Shown here: piece by piece, positions 24,704-34,447 of the stretch
Position numbering within the stretch: the first letter of the stretch is position 1
How the letters are laid out: each line of letters opens with the position of its first letter
Program-made: the position numbers and the translations under genes
Notes under the pieces: model-generated
The model's input: only the letters and a program-made list of their open reading frames with translations
The model's database searches: none
Told to the model about the DNA's origin: nothing
Origin: a virus
Lineage: Duplodnaviria; Caudoviricetes
Reading direction: 5' to 3' (one strand)
IMG/VR virus record: IMGVR_UViG_3300033513_000021
Span: 1-43,571 of that record
Length of the DNA stretch: 43,571 nt

Positions 24704-27700
24704 AGGGCTGGCCAAAAACCTGGATTCGCTTGTTTTCTCGCGCCTGCTGCCAAAGTTCGGGATGATGCGCCTGCATTGCTGCCCGAGCCTGCGCCCGCCC
24801 GGCCTGGACCAGGATGGCGAACTCCTTGGCTTTCACGCCGTCGGGGCGCCCTTGGAGCGACGGCGCCCAGCGCTGGAGAAGCTGCTTTACCAGGGGGCCC
24901 GCCGTCGCTTCGTATTCGTCGTATTGCTTTTCGTCGAGTTTGACGCCGGCGATTTCTTTTCGTGGCGGCGTCGGGAAGTAGCCGACGCGGGCCATCTCGG
25001 CCTTGATCGGATCGGTGCTAATCGGGCTTTCGCGGACCAGCGCATGGTAGCCTGGATTGGGGACCGGCTCGCCATAAACCGGATCGCGCTTAGGTAGCAA
25101 TTCCTGTCTGACCCCAGGCAAATGATACATCAGTCCTTTGACCAGGGAATCCGCCCGTCGCATGTCTGGATCGAGAGCGCTGGCAAATTGTGTCACCAGC
25201 GAAACCGGCATCATGTAGGAGCTGAGTTGCCATGCCGCAAAGCGCGCTGCCTCCTGCGGATTTTCCAGGACGTTGACGATGTTGGCGATGGTCTGGAATC
25301 CGACATCATCCGACAAGGCTTTTGTCGTCCCAAGCACAAGCGCCAATCCGGCCTTCATCATCGCATCATCCTGCGATCCATCGTAATGCTGAATGACGTA
25401 GGCATAATTCGCAGCGATGCGGGCGACGGTTGCCTGCGGCCCAAGCCGATCGATATTGAACCATTGTCCGTTGGCGGCAATCGAGTTTGGCTGAATGCCG
25501 AGCATCTGCCAGCGCCGGCGTTCTTTTGGATCGGCTGGATAGGACCCGGTTGCCTGACCGTTCAGCGCCTTATGGATGAAATAGGTGCCGACTGCTGTAC
25601 CGACGGTCATCTTTGCTAGTGCGAGATTTTGCGCGTGGTCTCCCAGCTCGCCCTTGATCGCCGCTCCCATCTTCGTCTCGCCAAGCGTGTTGAGCAAAGC
25701 GAGCGGCGAATATTCGATGCTTCGACGCGCCATGTTGAGCGGAATGTGCGTGAAAAACACTACCCACTTGAACGGCGTGTTGCGGATAAACCTGGAAATT
25801 TCTTTCGACTGTTTTCCAAGCTCCTCCATGAACGTGCCGGAATATCCATCTTCGACGCGCTGCCGCAATACTTGGTCGGTCGGGTTGTCGAGATGATACT
25901 GATATTTTGCGGCGAATGAATCCGTTCCAAATTTTTCTCCCTCCTTGATCGCCGCCTCGAACGCGCTGCTGGACGCCGACATGCGCTCGTTCAATATCTT
26001 GTAGAACGTATGAAGCGAATTGGCCGATCGTCCTGGCGTGCCAAGAACACGGGCAGCCTTGTCGAGTTGTTCGTCGTTAAAGACCTTGCGCCAGATGCCC
26101 CAATTAGGACCGTATTGCGTGCCGTAAGGAACCTGGGCACCGGCAGCCTCCGGGTTTTTTTCTCCGCGTTCTGCGAGCTTCAATTCCGATTCAAGCGGCA
26201 CTCGCGTTCCCGTCTTGAACGCTTGAACTGTTCCAGCAAAGGCATCAGGAACGGCGCCAAACATTGCCGGAAAGGCGCGCAATGGCGCCATAAGGGAAGC
26301 ATCGCCGCCGCGAGCCCGGTCGATTAAGGCAGCGAGTTCCGGCGCGATAATACGATCTGTCAAAGTCGACGCGGTATTGACGATCGCATATTTCGTGTGG
26401 GTGATGAGTCCGGAGATTAGTCCTTGCTGTACGCCCCAAAATAGCCAGCCGGGACGACTATCCTTGCGCACCCTATCCAATACTCGCGCGACCTGCGCCG
26501 GCGTGAGTCCTTCGACCTGTCGCGCTAGGGCGGCCTGCTCCTCCGGAGTACGGCCAGCGCGCGCTAAAATGAATGCCGCCTGCTCGCCCTTGGCGACACC
26601 ACCAAACCGCTTCGTTACCAGATCGGCCTTGTCTACAAGTGCCTGCCATTCCGGCGGCAATACCTCTACCGGCTTGCGCGGCCTCTTGCCTTTGAGAGCG
26701 TTCTGCACTTGGCGCTCTGCGGCGTCTACAACGCGCTGCAGTTCCGTTTTCTGTGATTTCTTCGCTTCCGAGATTGCTTTCTGCGACTGATCGATAAGCG
26801 AGGCAATATCCGGCGGCAGTACGGCCTTGGCGCCCTCAGCCCCTTCTGCGACAAATTTTCGCGCCTGTGCCGTGATCTTGTCGATTTCAACGAGTGCTTT
26901 CGGCTCTAGTTGTTTGCGATCCTGCTCGCCCAAGGCATCTAGTAGCTTCTGCGATTTTTGGCGAAGATCGTCCAGCGATCCGGTGTTCTTGAAGTCCTCT
27001 ACAGCTTGTCGGAAAGCGTTCGCTTCATCGCGCACGCGACCTTGCTTGAGAAAGCCAGCCGCGACCCGTGTCGTTTCGGCAAGCTTATCCATTTCCGGAT
27101 TGGTGAACCGAGCTGCTTTCTCTTTTCCCCGCTGAGCCTCTATCAGCTTTCGTGCCATCCCAAGCAACCGGCCGCGGGCAGTCGGCGCTTTGGGTTCTTT
27201 TGGCTCTTCTTCTTTTTTTACAGCTTCAAGTAACTTTTGCGCTGCGTCCGATGTGTCGGCGAGGCTGCCGCTGCCGCTCCCAAGATTCTCCAGTTCTTTC
27301 TGGAAAGCCTCTAGCTCCGCTGCGCCTTTTTCCGGAGCAGATTCTTGTGCTCGTTTGCGCAATCCGGTGAGCGCTTTCTTGGCCTCGCCCACAAGACCAG
27401 CCACATCAGGAGGCAACGGCGTAGCTGGCTCGCCTACCTTTGGCTTTGCTCCAACGAGATTTTCCGCGGCGTCAATCAGCTTCTGCAAACCGACCTTTGC
27501 CTCTGGCTGTCCTCCGGATATATTACGCGACACCTCGCGCGTGGCATTGAGAAGATCTCCGACTCCCGCTGGCAGCTTCCCCTCGGTCTCTTGCTTGGTG
27601 ATTTCGGTTACAGCCTTGGCGTGCTCGGTCTCTCGCAGCAGTTCTTTCCAAGTATTGAGCGAGCGTCCGCTTTCAGCCCGCTTGCCCAAGACATACTCAA

Positions 27701-28853
27701 GAACGTAACGGTGCCGCTCCTGCGCCTCTAAAGCGGCGACGGCGTTCTCCTCCGTAGGATCAGCCGCTACCTTCTTCGACGCATCCATGAAGTCTCTTGT
27801 TGCCTGTTGCAGCGACTGGATGGTCGCTCGCACCTTCGCATCGTTATCGAAGTGCTGGGAAAAGTAATCAGCATTGATTTCAGACGGGTCAAGACCGGCG
27901 GCTTCCGAGACGGCAGCTACTGCGTTAACCGATGCCTTTCCGGCGCGTGCTTCCGGGAAATAGTTGTATGCCGATGCGATGTTTTCGATAGCGTCTCTGG
28001 CGTCCTCCGGCATGTCGATCTTCGCAACCCATTCTTTGCCGATGGCATCATAGTCGCTGGCTGCTTTTGCGTAGCCTGTCAGTCCCTCCTCCGGCGTAAC
28101 CTGTGCGCCAACGGGATATGCTCGCAAGGCGGCTTGCGCCGGTGTTTCGGTCAGCGGCGTTTCCGTGACAGAACTGGCACTCGGTTCAAGGATATTGAAC
28201 TGTTTCGCCTCGTCCAGCGTCTGCAGATGATCGTATAGCGCTTGCAATGGATGCGGCGCGGCTCCCTCTTTGGATGCCGTAGGTGCAGGTCTTTCGGCAA
28301 TATCCTGCGCCGTCTTCCGAATGCCGGGATCGATTACTCCGGTCTGAAACTCTCTGATCGTCGGCTCGATCGCCTTGATCATTCCGGCATCGGCGAGCTC
28401 CGGGCTACTAACCTGCGCTGCCGCAAGAAGATCGCGTGTCAGCCTGGCGCCCCAAGCCTCGTTGCCGCCGGCATGAACGTAAGCCGCTCCGGCTGCTGCC
28501 GACGCTCCCTGAAAGACACCCTGGATCGTGCGCGTAGCCAGATCGATCGCCGCACCGCCGCCCTGCGCTATTGTCCGCAGGTATGGGTTCATGTCGGCGG
28601 TTGACAGCCATTCCGAATATTTCTTGAACTCCTCGGTTGTCCCTTCGAATGCACTCTCAAATCCGGTTGCGCCCGCGGCGAGAATATCCGGTGGGATCAC
28701 AAAGCCGCTCGACGACGGGACCAATCCTTTCCCCTCCTTCGGAGGTGCGCCGATCACTGGCTGCCAATCCTCCGCTACCGGCTTCCAATCATCGTTGGCA
28801 GCAGCCGCAGGCTGATCGACAACGGGTTGCCAGTTTTCTGCAGGTTCGGCCAT
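24702..28853 (-). CDS. Large internal virion (DNA ejection) protein
   Basis: 1383 aa, alpha-helical, Ala-rich; third gene after the nozzle, as in T7 gp14-16 synteny. Confidence 0.75.
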   Translation of the reverse strand: MAEPAENWQPVVDQPAAAANDDWKPVAEDWQPVIGAPPKEGKGLVPSSSGFVIPPDILAAGATGFESAFEGTTEEFKKYSEWLSTADMNPYLRTIAQGGGAAIDLATRTIQGVFQGASAAAGAAYVHAGGNEAWGARLTRDLLAAAQVSSPELADAGMIKAIEPTIREFQTGVIDPGIRKTAQDIAERPAPTASKEGAAPHPLQALYDHLQTLDEAKQFNILEPSASSVTETPLTETPAQAALRAYPVGAQVTPEEGLTGYAKAASDYDAIGKEWVAKIDMPEDARDAIENIASAYNYFPEARAGKASVNAVAAVSEAAGLDPSEINADYFSQHFDNDAKVRATIQSLQQATRDFMDASKKVAADPTEENAVAALEAQERHRYVLEYVLGKRAESGRSLNTWKELLRETEHAKAVTEITKQETEGKLPAGVGDLLNATREVSRNISGGQPEAKVGLQKLIDAAENLVGAKPKVGEPATPLPPDVAGLVGEAKKALTGLRKRAQESAPEKGAAELEAFQKELENLGSGSGSLADTSDAAQKLLEAVKKEEEPKEPKAPTARGRLLGMARKLIEAQRGKEKAARFTNPEMDKLAETTRVAAGFLKQGRVRDEANAFRQAVEDFKNTGSLDDLRQKSQKLLDALGEQDRKQLEPKALVEIDKITAQARKFVAEGAEGAKAVLPPDIASLIDQSQKAISEAKKSQKTELQRVVDAAERQVQNALKGKRPRKPVEVLPPEWQALVDKADLVTKRFGGVAKGEQAAFILARAGRTPEEQAALARQVEGLTPAQVARVLDRVRKDSRPGWLFWGVQQGLISGLITHTKYAIVNTASTLTDRIIAPELAALIDRARGGDASLMAPLRAFPAMFGAVPDAFAGTVQAFKTGTRVPLESELKLAERGEKNPEAAGAQVPYGTQYGPNWGIWRKVFNDEQLDKAARVLGTPGRSANSLHTFYKILNERMSASSSAFEAAIKEGEKFGTDSFAAKYQYHLDNPTDQVLRQRVEDGYSGTFMEELGKQSKEISRFIRNTPFKWVVFFTHIPLNMARRSIEYSPLALLNTLGETKMGAAIKGELGDHAQNLALAKMTVGTAVGTYFIHKALNGQATGSYPADPKERRRWQMLGIQPNSIAANGQWFNIDRLGPQATVARIAANYAYVIQHYDGSQDDAMMKAGLALVLGTTKALSDDVGFQTIANIVNVLENPQEAARFAAWQLSSYMMPVSLVTQFASALDPDMRRADSLVKGLMYHLPGVRQELLPKRDPVYGEPVPNPGYHALVRESPISTDPIKAEMARVGYFPTPPRKEIAGVKLDEKQYDEYEATAGPLVKQLLQRWAPSLQGRPDGVKAKEFAILVQAGRAQARAAMQAHHPELWQQARENKRIQVFGQP

Positions 28854-30475
28854 TATCGTTTTATCTCTTTGCCATCAGCGTCGTAAACTCTGCCGGTCAT
28901 CTGATCTCGGTATTTCCGATTGGAGCCGGTGCCGATCCATTGCAGCGCAGCGATGCCGCGCAGGCTTTCAGGGATTCCGGATCGCGTTACGGTATTGGCT
29001 GCGCCAACGCCGCCGTTTGCTGGAACGCTGGTAGACAGTGCCGCGCCGTAGGTCTTCGCCATCTTGTAGATCAGAGAATTTGGATCGTTCAAATCGAGGG
29101 CATTTGGCGGTAGCGTTCCAGCCCGGCTTTCCTTGAGATATTCACCCATAAAAGAGCGCATGAAACCGACAAATTTTTCGCTGCCCACGCCGCTACTTCC
29201 GGGTAAAACAATAAGCGACTTCGCCGCAGCGATGGCATCCTTGAAAAGCGGATCGCGGATCGGCGATTGATCGCGCTCCTTGACCAGTTCCATGCGGATC
29301 GTACCATCCTGGCGCGAGAGTTTGCCGGCCGCTTCTGCTTTCAGAATATCGATCGCCGTCGTCGGATTGTCAGGCGCAAACATGCGGCTGTCGAGACCGT
29401 CGGCCGTGGTCGGATCGGTGACCGCGTTCTGCGTCTTCTGCTGATGCTCGCCCCAATCCAGCAACGTGCGCGCGGTATCAGTCGCGTTTGGAGCGTTCGG
29501 ATATTGCGATGGGATTTTTACTACTTCCCGGAAATAATTCGGGTTGATATTGACCTTGCCGGACGTGTCGACCTGGACATTATCATCCCAAATCTTGTTG
29601 CGCGCTTTCTCGACATTCAGCGAGTCGATCTGCTTCTGATAATAGACCGCCTGCTTCTGCGCGGCCGTATTCGCCCGGTTTTGCGCTTTCGCTGCGCGCG
29701 CGAAGGTCTCGGCTTCGACACCATTGATGAAATCCGGATATCTGGCGACGTAATTTTTGGCCGCAGCCTCGGGGTCCGCCGCGTTGGAAATGACGCCATA
29801 GGCGCCGGCCTTGACGATTTCCTCCTTGATCTTCTGTCCGACCTCTGACCGCACGCGGCCGGCGGCCGCGCCTTTGAGATTTGGATTGGCGCCGACAATA
29901 CCGTCAATCGAATGGTCCACCGCGCCAAGCATCGCCGGTACTGCAGTCGGATCGCTGATTGCCGTATTGGAAAAACGGTTTGCCAGATCGCGAACGGTTG
30001 TGGCCACGGCCGCTGCCGCCAGCGACGACATATCGCCCTCGGTCTTCTCGAACATGTGCTGGCGCAGATTGTTCGTGAAGCGAGAAGCCCAATCGACGCT
30101 TTTCTCGGTGGAAAATCCTGTCTGGAACTGATCGAGCGCTGGGTTGAGAACTTCTTCCCGCCATTTCTGCGCCACCGATGGATCGTGCGGATCGGCGTTG
30201 GTAACCGTCTGATTCCAGCTTTGCGTGAGGTAGGCAAAGAGATCGGCGCCTTTCGCTGCACCGGCATTGATCTGCTGGTGATCGAAGTAATTGACCGCCG
30301 CCTGCCCAGCGGATGCAATGCCACTGCCGATCTGCTGCCCCGCGCGCGAGATCGCCTGCGCAGCCTGGTCGAACAAGGCGCGGCCCCGGTAGGCTGCTTG
30401 TGTCCGGGCCTGAATGCCGAGCTCGGTAGGCTGCAGCGCCGGAGTTTCTTGCAAGGTCACAGGAATGTTCGGCAT
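28853..30475 (-). CDS. Internal virion (ejection) protein
   Basis: MPNIP start; helical, Ala/Gln-rich; gp15-like position. Confidence 0.7.
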   Translation of the reverse strand: MPNIPVTLQETPALQPTELGIQARTQAAYRGRALFDQAAQAISRAGQQIGSGIASAGQAAVNYFDHQQINAGAAKGADLFAYLTQSWNQTVTNADPHDPSVAQKWREEVLNPALDQFQTGFSTEKSVDWASRFTNNLRQHMFEKTEGDMSSLAAAAVATTVRDLANRFSNTAISDPTAVPAMLGAVDHSIDGIVGANPNLKGAAAGRVRSEVGQKIKEEIVKAGAYGVISNAADPEAAAKNYVARYPDFINGVEAETFARAAKAQNRANTAAQKQAVYYQKQIDSLNVEKARNKIWDDNVQVDTSGKVNINPNYFREVVKIPSQYPNAPNATDTARTLLDWGEHQQKTQNAVTDPTTADGLDSRMFAPDNPTTAIDILKAEAAGKLSRQDGTIRMELVKERDQSPIRDPLFKDAIAAAKSLIVLPGSSGVGSEKFVGFMRSFMGEYLKESRAGTLPPNALDLNDPNSLIYKMAKTYGAALSTSVPANGGVGAANTVTRSGIPESLRGIAALQWIGTGSNRKYRDQMTGRVYDADGKEIKR

Positions 30476-30482
30476 GGCGATC

Positions 30483-30974
30483 TCACAAGAGGAAAGTGGC
30501 GAGGCCGGCGGCGAGTTTCAGGCCGGCGCTGAACAAGTCGCCCTGACCGGCAGTTTTTTCGGCCTGTTGCGCCGACTGCGCTGCTTGCGACATGTTCATG
30601 TAGGCGTCGTGCTGTTCCTGATATCCAGCTTCGGTGATGAGCCCTTGCTGACCGACTGCAGCCTTGGCGGTCGCTCCCTGCTGCGCGCTTTCCTTGAGAA
30701 TGTCGAGCGCGCTTCCGCTTGCGGCAAACCCAGCATTGGCCACTGCGGCTTCGGTTCGACCGATGCCCATATAGGTCTCGCGCTGCAACTGTTGTTCTTT
30801 GATCGCGGTCGATGTCTCCGTGTATTGCTTGTTCGTCAACGCCAAAGCGGCGGCGGCTTCGTAGTTCTGCTGCTCGAATTGCAGCGCTTGGACCTTGTAT
30901 CCGGTAGCTTCATAGGAAAAGAGATCGGATACCGCGGCCCCGAAGTCGCTGAATGTTGCTGCGCCGATGGCCAT
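30483..30974 (-). CDS. Small internal virion protein (gp14-like)
   Basis: Ala/Gln-rich with AGFAASGSALDIL motif; directly after the nozzle. Confidence 0.7.
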   Translation of the reverse strand: MAIGAATFSDFGAAVSDLFSYEATGYKVQALQFEQQNYEAAAALALTNKQYTETSTAIKEQQLQRETYMGIGRTEAAVANAGFAASGSALDILKESAQQGATAKAAVGQQGLITEAGYQEQHDAYMNMSQAAQSAQQAEKTAGQGDLFSAGLKLAAGLATFLL

Positions 30975-33900
30975 CAGACATCCGCCGTTTCACGCGCGGC
31001 GCCGAACGCTTGCACATTGAGGATTTGCGGGCGCGAGATGCGCCAGCATGGCATGGCGTCGAAATCGTAGCTGCTTTCGAATTGATCGCGGAATACGCCG
31101 CTGAATTGCGTATCGACCGTCAGTGTCGTTACCCCGTCGGCTTGCTTGAAAATCGCCGATTCGAGCGTATTGAAATCCGTCCCGAGATGCAGGCCGCCGC
31201 CGCCGCCGACCGTGCCCTCAAAAAGACCCATGAGGTAATGATCCCGCGCCAGCTTGCCGAACGCTGGGCCATTGCGCGATCCGGTGTCCGCCGGAGCGAT
31301 GGGACGCAGCAATTGACCGTCCGAATTATAGGTGAAACCGACGAACATCGGCATCCGGCCGTTGAACATCTGCGCGCCGTTTGCAGTCGTTCCGCTTTCG
31401 ACAAAAGCCAGCGTGAATAGCCCTTGGTCGTAACGGTTCGTCGCCGTAGGGAAGCTTCCCAGAGCACTGCCGATGCCGTCTCCGTACGGCACCTGGATGC
31501 AGCCTCCGGACACCTTATAGTCGCCGCAGTCGAGACCGCCGAGCCACGCCGTGACGGTCTTTCCCTCCAGTGGCCATAGACCGTTGAGCTGTAGGCCGCC
31601 ATATGGAAATCCGGTGCTGATATCGACCGCCGCGGTCGAGGTCGGAACGATGGCGCAATCCAAATAGCAGGCTTCCGACTGCAGCGATCCCTCGTCCAGG
31701 ATATCGCCGAGAATTTCGACGTATACCGCGGCGCCGTCCGTCGTCACCAAGGTCAACGCATCGAGATTGCCGTTGATCGACGATCCCGTGCAGATCGATT
31801 CGACCGTGCGCCCCGAACCAAGGGAATGTTCATGCCAGGCATTTATTGTCGGGCCGGAGGACGTCATCAACGTGTCGCGGATATAGGTGCAGCCAATGAG
31901 CGAGCCGTTGACGCGGCCCCAGATGGTTGAGGTGAATTCCTGCTGGTACGCCAATTCCTGCAGATTACCCTGCGTCAACTTCTTGGCGTCCTTGATTAGG
32001 TTCGGCGCCGTAAACTTTCCGGAAAACACATCGGCAAAATATTCTACGACCTCGCGCTGATATTTCTGAATGAAAGAGATGGTGTGGTCGGTACGCTGCG
32101 GCTCCGCGTCATAGCCGCCGATACGGGTTGTCATGCGCGCATCGATGTTCGTCGGCGTGAAGCCGCCGCCGCCTGGCGGGAAGATTAGACCCTCGCGTGA
32201 CTTGGTGCCGAAGATGATGCCCTGCTGGTCTGGCAGCATCCACAGGAACGGATTCGATTCCGGCAGGTCCATGCGGTAGCTGATGGCCGAGGAATCGAGC
32301 ACATTGCCATATTGATCGGTAGGCGCGAAATTCGCCGTCACGCCGGCGCTGTCGACGGTCACGCCGTTCGACACGCAGGCGTCGAAACGGTTCGGCAGGT
32401 AGCCGCCGATCCACAGCCGCCCATCGGTCCAGGTCCCCACAGTGGGCCATCCGGTGCTGTCGGAATAGAGTCCGAGCCGCCAATCCTTGATGGTCGAGGA
32501 GTAGAGCAGCGCCGGCCCCGAAAGCGAAACCGTGATGCCGTTGTCGCTTGTCGCCGAACCGGGAACCGCGACGAATTCGACCTGGCAGGCGTAGAGCGCC
32601 TGTATCGTCGTATTCACCTTGCCGATGATGCCGGAGCCAGAGCCGGTGATGCTCGGCGTTGGTCCTGTGCCGGGTGTGCTGACGACGGATTGCCCGATCA
32701 CCACCCACAAGTAGGAATAGGCGTTGGTCGTATCCGAGGACGGGATCGTTGCCGCAGAAGATCCGCCGACCGAGAAGGTGTCGCCGGTCCCATCGCCGTT
32801 ACTCGTCTGCTGGCTTTCGAAGACGGCCGAGCCGAGCAAGATTCCGTCGGTCTCGAACGTCGGCGCCACGTTAGAGCCGTACAGGCTCGCGGTGCCGACG
32901 ATCTGATAGTCCTCGTTGTTTCCGTTTGCCTGGAAATAGCTGATGCCGCGGTCGGTCGAAGGGAAAATCGTCGCCGACTGCACCTTGTAGCTCGTAGTCA
33001 CACAACCGCTGTAATTCTGCCCAATCGACATCGATACCGAGCCGGAAAAATAAGCGGTATCCGGAGCGGACGAAAGCACGATCGAGGCACAGGAACCGCT
33101 GTCCTTGCTGAGCACTCCATCGAAGGCATCCGCCAAATTCACCGGAGCGTCGCCGATATGAGCAATCCCCGTCGGATTTGCCGGAATGAAATTCAGCAGA
33201 GCGGTGATCTTGCCCCAGGTCCAGAGCGTAGGGGAATTATTGCCTCCTTGCTGGAGCAATTGCCAATTGGTCGTATCGGTGCCCGGCGTGTTTCCTACGT
33301 TGCTGCCGACGAGAGACGACCAATAGGTCGTCGCGTTTGGATCGCCGCTCGGGTTGTAGGAAACGATGGCGCCGGACGCATAGGTCGTAGACGACGAATA
33401 ATCTGGAGGCTCGGAAAAAAGCCGCACGAGACGGCCGATGTCACTCTGTAGGAAGCCGACCCCGCCGTTGATCGCAGCATTGCCGTTCGTCGCCGCCCAA
33501 TCGGCGGGATGCGTGTCCGGCTGGTTGCCTACATTCTCATCGACGAGAGATTCATAGTTGTGCGAGGAATAGCTCACAAAATCCCCGGCCGCATAGGATT
33601 TGGCCGAATCATAGGCCGGGAACGAGATCGTAAGGCTGATAATGCCGGTCAAGGCGCTGGCCGTAAGCTGCGTCCCGTTCGTGAGCGGATCGAGATAAGG
33701 GCCGTCCTCGAAATTTGCCGCCGCGAATTTGAAGGTCGCAAACTGCGCCGCGTTCGGCTGCATCGTGACCGAAACGGCATAGGGCTTATAGCTGCCCTGC
33801 AGCAGGAACGAAACCGGCGTTCCGTTGGCGTCGCTCTGCACCGCGCGCAATGATTGCCAACTTGTACCGGCATAGGGCGTGGTAAAGGTCCTGGTGCGGT

Positions 33901-34444
33901 TGAATTGCGCGCCGACTGCCACAGGATTTAGCGTCGAACCGTCAATCGGATCGCCGGTAATCGTGTCAGCAAGCGAGAACCTTTGCGCGTTGATCCGCGT
34001 CAGCGTCAGCAGCCGGTTCTCGATCAATGGGTTATTGGTCGCGCCGACGACGAAACCCTGGGCTCCATTGATCCATGAGACCGGCGTCGCCAGCAGCATG
34101 ACCGCGGGGTTGTCGGTTGTGATATTTCCGACATGGACGGAATCGTTCAGTGTCACGGGATCGAGGCCGGAGAGGAACTGTAGCGCCCCGTCGGTGAAAA
34201 CCATGGTATAGGGCGGCGTTTCCTCCTCGAAGTCGAATTTGATCACACGGCCCGGATCGCCCCCGCGCGTCGGCATTGCCCATCGCGTGCCAGGGCGCCG
34301 TACCCAATTCTCGGTCTCCAGGATCATGCCGTTCAGACAAACATTCATCGCCTGCGCGTAACGGCGATCATGGAATCTGCCCTGCGCGAATTGAGACCAG
34401 AGGCCGCCGGCGAAGGTCGATTGGACATAGGTTGCGTTCGGCAT
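30974..34444 (-). CDS. Tail nozzle (tubular protein B) with inserted carbohydrate-binding-like domains
   Basis: QSTFAGGLWS...RRPGT N-terminus, WPTVGTW.DGRLW, LAYQQE...AWHEH, YLDC, VGFTYNS motifs; 1156 aa. Confidence 0.85.
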   Translation of the reverse strand: MPNATYVQSTFAGGLWSQFAQGRFHDRRYAQAMNVCLNGMILETENWVRRPGTRWAMPTRGGDPGRVIKFDFEEETPPYTMVFTDGALQFLSGLDPVTLNDSVHVGNITTDNPAVMLLATPVSWINGAQGFVVGATNNPLIENRLLTLTRINAQRFSLADTITGDPIDGSTLNPVAVGAQFNRTRTFTTPYAGTSWQSLRAVQSDANGTPVSFLLQGSYKPYAVSVTMQPNAAQFATFKFAAANFEDGPYLDPLTNGTQLTASALTGIISLTISFPAYDSAKSYAAGDFVSYSSHNYESLVDENVGNQPDTHPADWAATNGNAAINGGVGFLQSDIGRLVRLFSEPPDYSSSTTYASGAIVSYNPSGDPNATTYWSSLVGSNVGNTPGTDTTNWQLLQQGGNNSPTLWTWGKITALLNFIPANPTGIAHIGDAPVNLADAFDGVLSKDSGSCASIVLSSAPDTAYFSGSVSMSIGQNYSGCVTTSYKVQSATIFPSTDRGISYFQANGNNEDYQIVGTASLYGSNVAPTFETDGILLGSAVFESQQTSNGDGTGDTFSVGGSSAATIPSSDTTNAYSYLWVVIGQSVVSTPGTGPTPSITGSGSGIIGKVNTTIQALYACQVEFVAVPGSATSDNGITVSLSGPALLYSSTIKDWRLGLYSDSTGWPTVGTWTDGRLWIGGYLPNRFDACVSNGVTVDSAGVTANFAPTDQYGNVLDSSAISYRMDLPESNPFLWMLPDQQGIIFGTKSREGLIFPPGGGGFTPTNIDARMTTRIGGYDAEPQRTDHTISFIQKYQREVVEYFADVFSGKFTAPNLIKDAKKLTQGNLQELAYQQEFTSTIWGRVNGSLIGCTYIRDTLMTSSGPTINAWHEHSLGSGRTVESICTGSSINGNLDALTLVTTDGAAVYVEILGDILDEGSLQSEACYLDCAIVPTSTAAVDISTGFPYGGLQLNGLWPLEGKTVTAWLGGLDCGDYKVSGGCIQVPYGDGIGSALGSFPTATNRYDQGLFTLAFVESGTTANGAQMFNGRMPMFVGFTYNSDGQLLRPIAPADTGSRNGPAFGKLARDHYLMGLFEGTVGGGGGLHLGTDFNTLESAIFKQADGVTTLTVDTQFSGVFRDQFESSYDFDAMPCWRISRPQILNVQAFGAARETADV

Positions 34445-34447
34445 GAA

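Noticed and set aside
32312-33451. 379-aa plus-strand ORF and similar antisense ORFs across the late region
   Set aside because: Antisense shadows of well-supported structural genes.
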